Position numbers and translations under genes: made by a program. A DNA stretch of 64,000 nucleotides from Takakia lepidozioides (Eukaryota; Plantae; Bryophyta). The DNA is taken from positions 26,350,001 to 26,414,000 of the forward strand of contig CM060733.1 in NCBI GenBank assembly GCA_030704615.1, written 5' to 3'. This document shows, one piece after another, positions 60,045-64,000 of the stretch. Below the pieces are notes generated by a model. The model was not told the origin of the DNA. It saw only the letters and a program-made list of their open reading frames with translations, and did no database searches. Numbering within the stretch: position 1 is the stretch's first letter; every line of letters begins with the position of its first letter.

Positions 60045-63000
60045 GTGTGCAATTGCGATGCGTGTGCAAGCCTGGCAGCTCTGGAAAAGGGCGAAAGAGG
60101 TCCATGGCGACATTGTCAGAGCTGCAATTGTACCAAGTGTCATTCTGAACGATACCCTCGTGGACATGTATGAAGGGAGTGTTTGACAGTATGGCTAAAA
60201 GAGATGTGGTGTCGTGGAGTGCGATGACAATGCGTGTGCAAGCCTGGCAGCCCTGGAAAAGTGCAAAGAGGTCCATGGTGACATCGTCAAATCTGGAATT
60301 GTACCCGATGTCATTCTGAACACTGCCCTGCTGGACATGTATGTCAAATGTGAGTGCATCGAGGATGCAAAGGGAGTGTTCAACAGGTTGAGATGTGGTG
60401 TCGTGGAGTGCGATGATTGCAGGATATGCACACCAAGGATGCGGGATGGAGGCTTTGGAGACCTATGAGCAATTGATGTGCGAAGGGGTGAAGCCCAACC
60501 GCAACACATTTGTTTGTGTTTACAATGAGTGTGCAAGCCTAGGAGCTCTGAAAAAGGGGGAAGAGGTCCATGGTGACATCGTCAAAGCTGGATTTGTACC
60601 AGATGTCATCCTGAACACTGCCCTGGTGGACATGTATGCCAAATGTGGGTGCATGAAGGATGCGAAGGGAGTTTTCAAATGGCTGAACAAGATGTGGTGT
60701 CGTGGAACGTGATGCAGCTTGCAGGGTATGCACAGCAGGGGCGTGGGATGGAGGCTTTGGAGACCTATGAGCAAATGATGGGGGAAGGGGTGAAGCCCGA
60801 CCACATCATGTCTGTGCGCTGGACATATGTCAAATGTGAGTGCATCGAGGATGCAAACGGAGTGTTCGACAGTATGGCTGAATGAGATGTGGTGTTGTGG
60901 AGTGCGATGATTGCAGGATATGCACAGCAAGGATGCGGGATGGAGGCTTTGGAGACCTATAAGCAAATGTTGCGCGAAGGGGTAAAGCCCAACCGCATCA
61001 CATTTGTTTGTGTTTGCAATGCGGATGAAAGCCTGGGAGCCCTGGAAGCAAGGACAATGTGGTGAGGGCACCTTCTTCGTCGTCCTATTTCAGCCTGTTT
61101 TGCGCTCTCATCAGACTCAGCCCTGAGATACATATTGAATTCTGTAAGTTAGCTCGTTGGGTGGATCTGTGGTGGTTTGGAATGACTTTGACAAGTAACT
61201 GCCGATGTGGTAGCAAGAAAGTATCCAAAAACAGATTACAGAGATGAGGGTCTACCAAGCATGGGTGTGGTACGAATGCTTTGGAGACCTATGAGCAAAT
61301 GATGCATGAAGGGGTGAAGCCCCACCACATCACGTTCATTTGTGTTTGCAATGCGTGTGTAAGCCTGGGAGCCCTGGAAAAGGGCAAAGAGGTCCATGAT
61401 GACATCGTCAAAGCTGGAACTGTACCAGATGTCATTCTGAACACTACCCTGGTGGACATGTATGCCAAATGTGGGTGTATTAAAGATGCAAAGGGAGTTT
61501 TCATTTGGACATGAAACGATTGACACTGGCCTTTTTATGCAGTTGGCTGTTTCACTTGGTAACAATAATACTCTTCACTAGGAAAAGGTAGCAAAAGCAC
61601 TACACCCATTTTTCTCGAAGGAGAAGACAACAATGTCCTACTGCGGCAGGTCCGTGCTCCAGTTTTAATTCAGATCCTCTGTGTTGGGAGCATTGAGGAT
61701 GCGCAGGGAGTGTTCAACAGTATGGCTGACCGAGATTTGGTGTCATGGAATGCCATGCTTGCAGGGTATCGAGGATGCAAAGGCAGTGTTCAACAATATG
61801 GCTGAATAAAATGTGGTGTTGTGGGTGCATTTTCAGACCTGCAATTGTACAAAATGTCATTCAAAACAAAACCCTTGTGGACATGTATGAAGACAATATG
61901 GCTAAACGAGATGTGCTGTCGTGGAGTGCGATGATTGCAGGATATGCACAGCAAGGGTGCGGGATGGAGGCTTTGGAGATTTAGGAGCAAATGTTGCGCG
62001 AAAGGGCGAAGCCCAACCACATCACATTTGTTTGTGTTTGCAATGTGTGTGCAAGTCTGGGAGCTCTGGAAAAGGGGAAAGAGGTCCGTGGTGACATCGT
62101 CAAAGTTGGAATTGTACCAGATGTCATTTTGAACACTGCCCTGGCGGACATGTATGCCAAATGTGGGTGCATTGTCAGACTTGCAATTGTACAAAATGTC
62201 ATTCAGAAGTACAATACCCTTGTGGACATGTATGAAGGGAGTGTTCGACAGTATGGCTGAACGAGATGTGGTGTCGTGGAGTGCAATGATTGCAGGATAT
62301 GCACAGCAAGGGTGCGGGATGGAGGCTTTAGAGATCTAGGAGCAAATGTTGCGTGAAGGGGTGAAGCCCAACCACATCACATTTGTTTGTGTTTGCAATG
62401 CGTGTGCAAGCCTGGGAGCTCCGAAAAAAGGGAAAGAGGTCTGTGGTGACATCGTCAAAGCTGGAATTGTACCAGATGTCATCCTGAACACTACCTTGGT
62501 GGATAGGTATGCCAAATGTGGGTGCATTGTCAGATCTGCAATTGTACAAAATGTCATTCAGAACAATACCCTTGTGGACATGTATGAAGGGAGTTTTCGA
62601 CAGTATGGCTGAACGAGATGTGGTGTCGTGGAGTGCGATGATTGCAGGATATGCACAACAAGGGTGCGGGATGGAGGCTTTGGAGACCTAGGAGCAAATG
62701 TTGTGCGAAGGGGCGAAGCCCAACCACATCACATTTGTTTGTGTTTCCAATGCGTGTGTAAGCCTGGGAGCCCTGGAAAAGGGGAAAGAGGTCCGTGGTG
62801 ACATCGTCAAAGTTGGAATTGTACCTGATGTCATCCTGAACACTGCCCTGGTGGACATGTATGCCAAATGTGGGTGCATTAAGGATACGAAGGGAGTTAA
62901 TTTCAACACCATGGCTGAACGAGATGTGGTGTCGTGGAACGCGATGCTTGTAGGGGTATGCACAGCAGGGGGGTGGGATGGAGGCTTTGGAGACCTATGA

Positions 63001-64000
63001 GCAAATGATGGGGGAAGGGGTGAAGCCACATCACGTTTGTGTGCGTTTGCAGTTCGTGTGCAAGCCTGGCAGCCCTGGAAAAGGGCAAAGAGGTGCATGG
63101 TTGCATCGCCAAAGTTGGAATTGTACCCGATGTGATTCTAAACAATACCCTCGTGGACATGTATGCCAAGCATCAAAGATGCGGATGAAGTGTTCAACAG
63201 TATGGCTGAACGAGATTTGGTGTCATGCTTGCAGGATATGCACAGCAGGGGCGCGGGATGGAGGCCTTGGAGACCTATGAGCAAATGATGGGTAAGGGGT
63301 GAAGTGCGACCACATCACGTTTGTATGCGTTTGCAATGCTTGTGCAAGCCTGGTAGTCCTGGAAAAGGGCAAAGGGTGCATGATGACATCAAAGCTGGAA
63401 TTGTACCAAGGTTGCAATGCGTGTGCAAACCTGGGAGCCCTGGAAAATGGGAAAGAGGTCCGTGGTGACATTGTCAAAGCTGGAATTGCACCAGATTCAT
63501 CCTGAACACTGCCCTGATGGACATATGCCAAATGTGGGTGGATCGAGGATGCAAAGGGAGATTTCAACACTGTGGTTGAAAGAAATGTGGTGTCGTGGAA
63601 CGCTATGCACAGCAGGGTATGCACAGCAGGGGCACGGGATGGAGGCTTTGGAGACCTATGAACAAATGATGGGGGAAGTGGTGAAGCCCTCATGGAGTGC
63701 AATGATTGCAGGATATTAAAGTGGAGAACAGCCTTCTTGACGCCAAATGTGGGAGTGGAAAAGATGCACGTCAGGTTTTCGAAAAAATGCCTGAACGAGA
63801 TGTGGTCTCATGGAATGCCATGATTACAGGATATGTTGAGCATGGCTATGCTGAAGAGGCTTTCAAGATACAAGCAAATGGAACTGGACGCGATGACACC
63901 GAATAGGGTCACATTCGTTTCTGTTGTCAATGCATGTGCCAGAGGCCTTGGAAAAAGGCACGCGGGTCCATGCTGATATTAACAAAGCTGGGGTTGTGTC
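60045..64000 (+). pseudogene. Tandem array of decayed near-identical PLS PPR triplets, continuing past the window edge
   Basis: About 10 further copies of the ALETYEQM-HITFVCV-VDMYAKCG-ERDVVSW unit with stops and frameshifts. A more divergent PPR begins at about 63720. Confidence 0.92.

Noticed and set aside
55609-63702. Numerous minus-strand ORFs (MHPHLAYMSTR.. type)
   Set aside because: They are antisense shadows of the PPR repeats.

Overview
This is repeat-rich nuclear DNA from a land plant. The style of the PLS-DYW PPR repeats and the Gly-type HKT gene points to a non-seed plant (bryophyte, lycophyte or fern); that is inference, and the species is not identifiable from this window. Only two genes look intact: an intronless secreted GNA/bulb-type lectin (16444-16914) and a 3-exon HKT/Trk cation transporter (about 35811-39016). 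The rest is nested LTR retrotransposons, LINE remnants, Helitron-like termini, MITEs, a CACTA element and a 15-kb scrambled array of decayed PLS-class PPR/DYW RNA-editing repeats mixed with host gene fragments (48.7-64 kb). The main finding is a minus-strand Ty3/Gypsy retrotransposon (about 5228-10971) whose polyprotein reads Gag - protease - DNMT3-like C5 cytosine methyltransferase - RT - RNase H, so the element carried its own DNA methyltransferase. This copy is now disabled. Upstream of it lie an extra ORF, a UDP-glycosyltransferase exon fragment and five back-to-back hairpins. All calls were made by eye from the sequence and recalled family motifs; no database searches were run.
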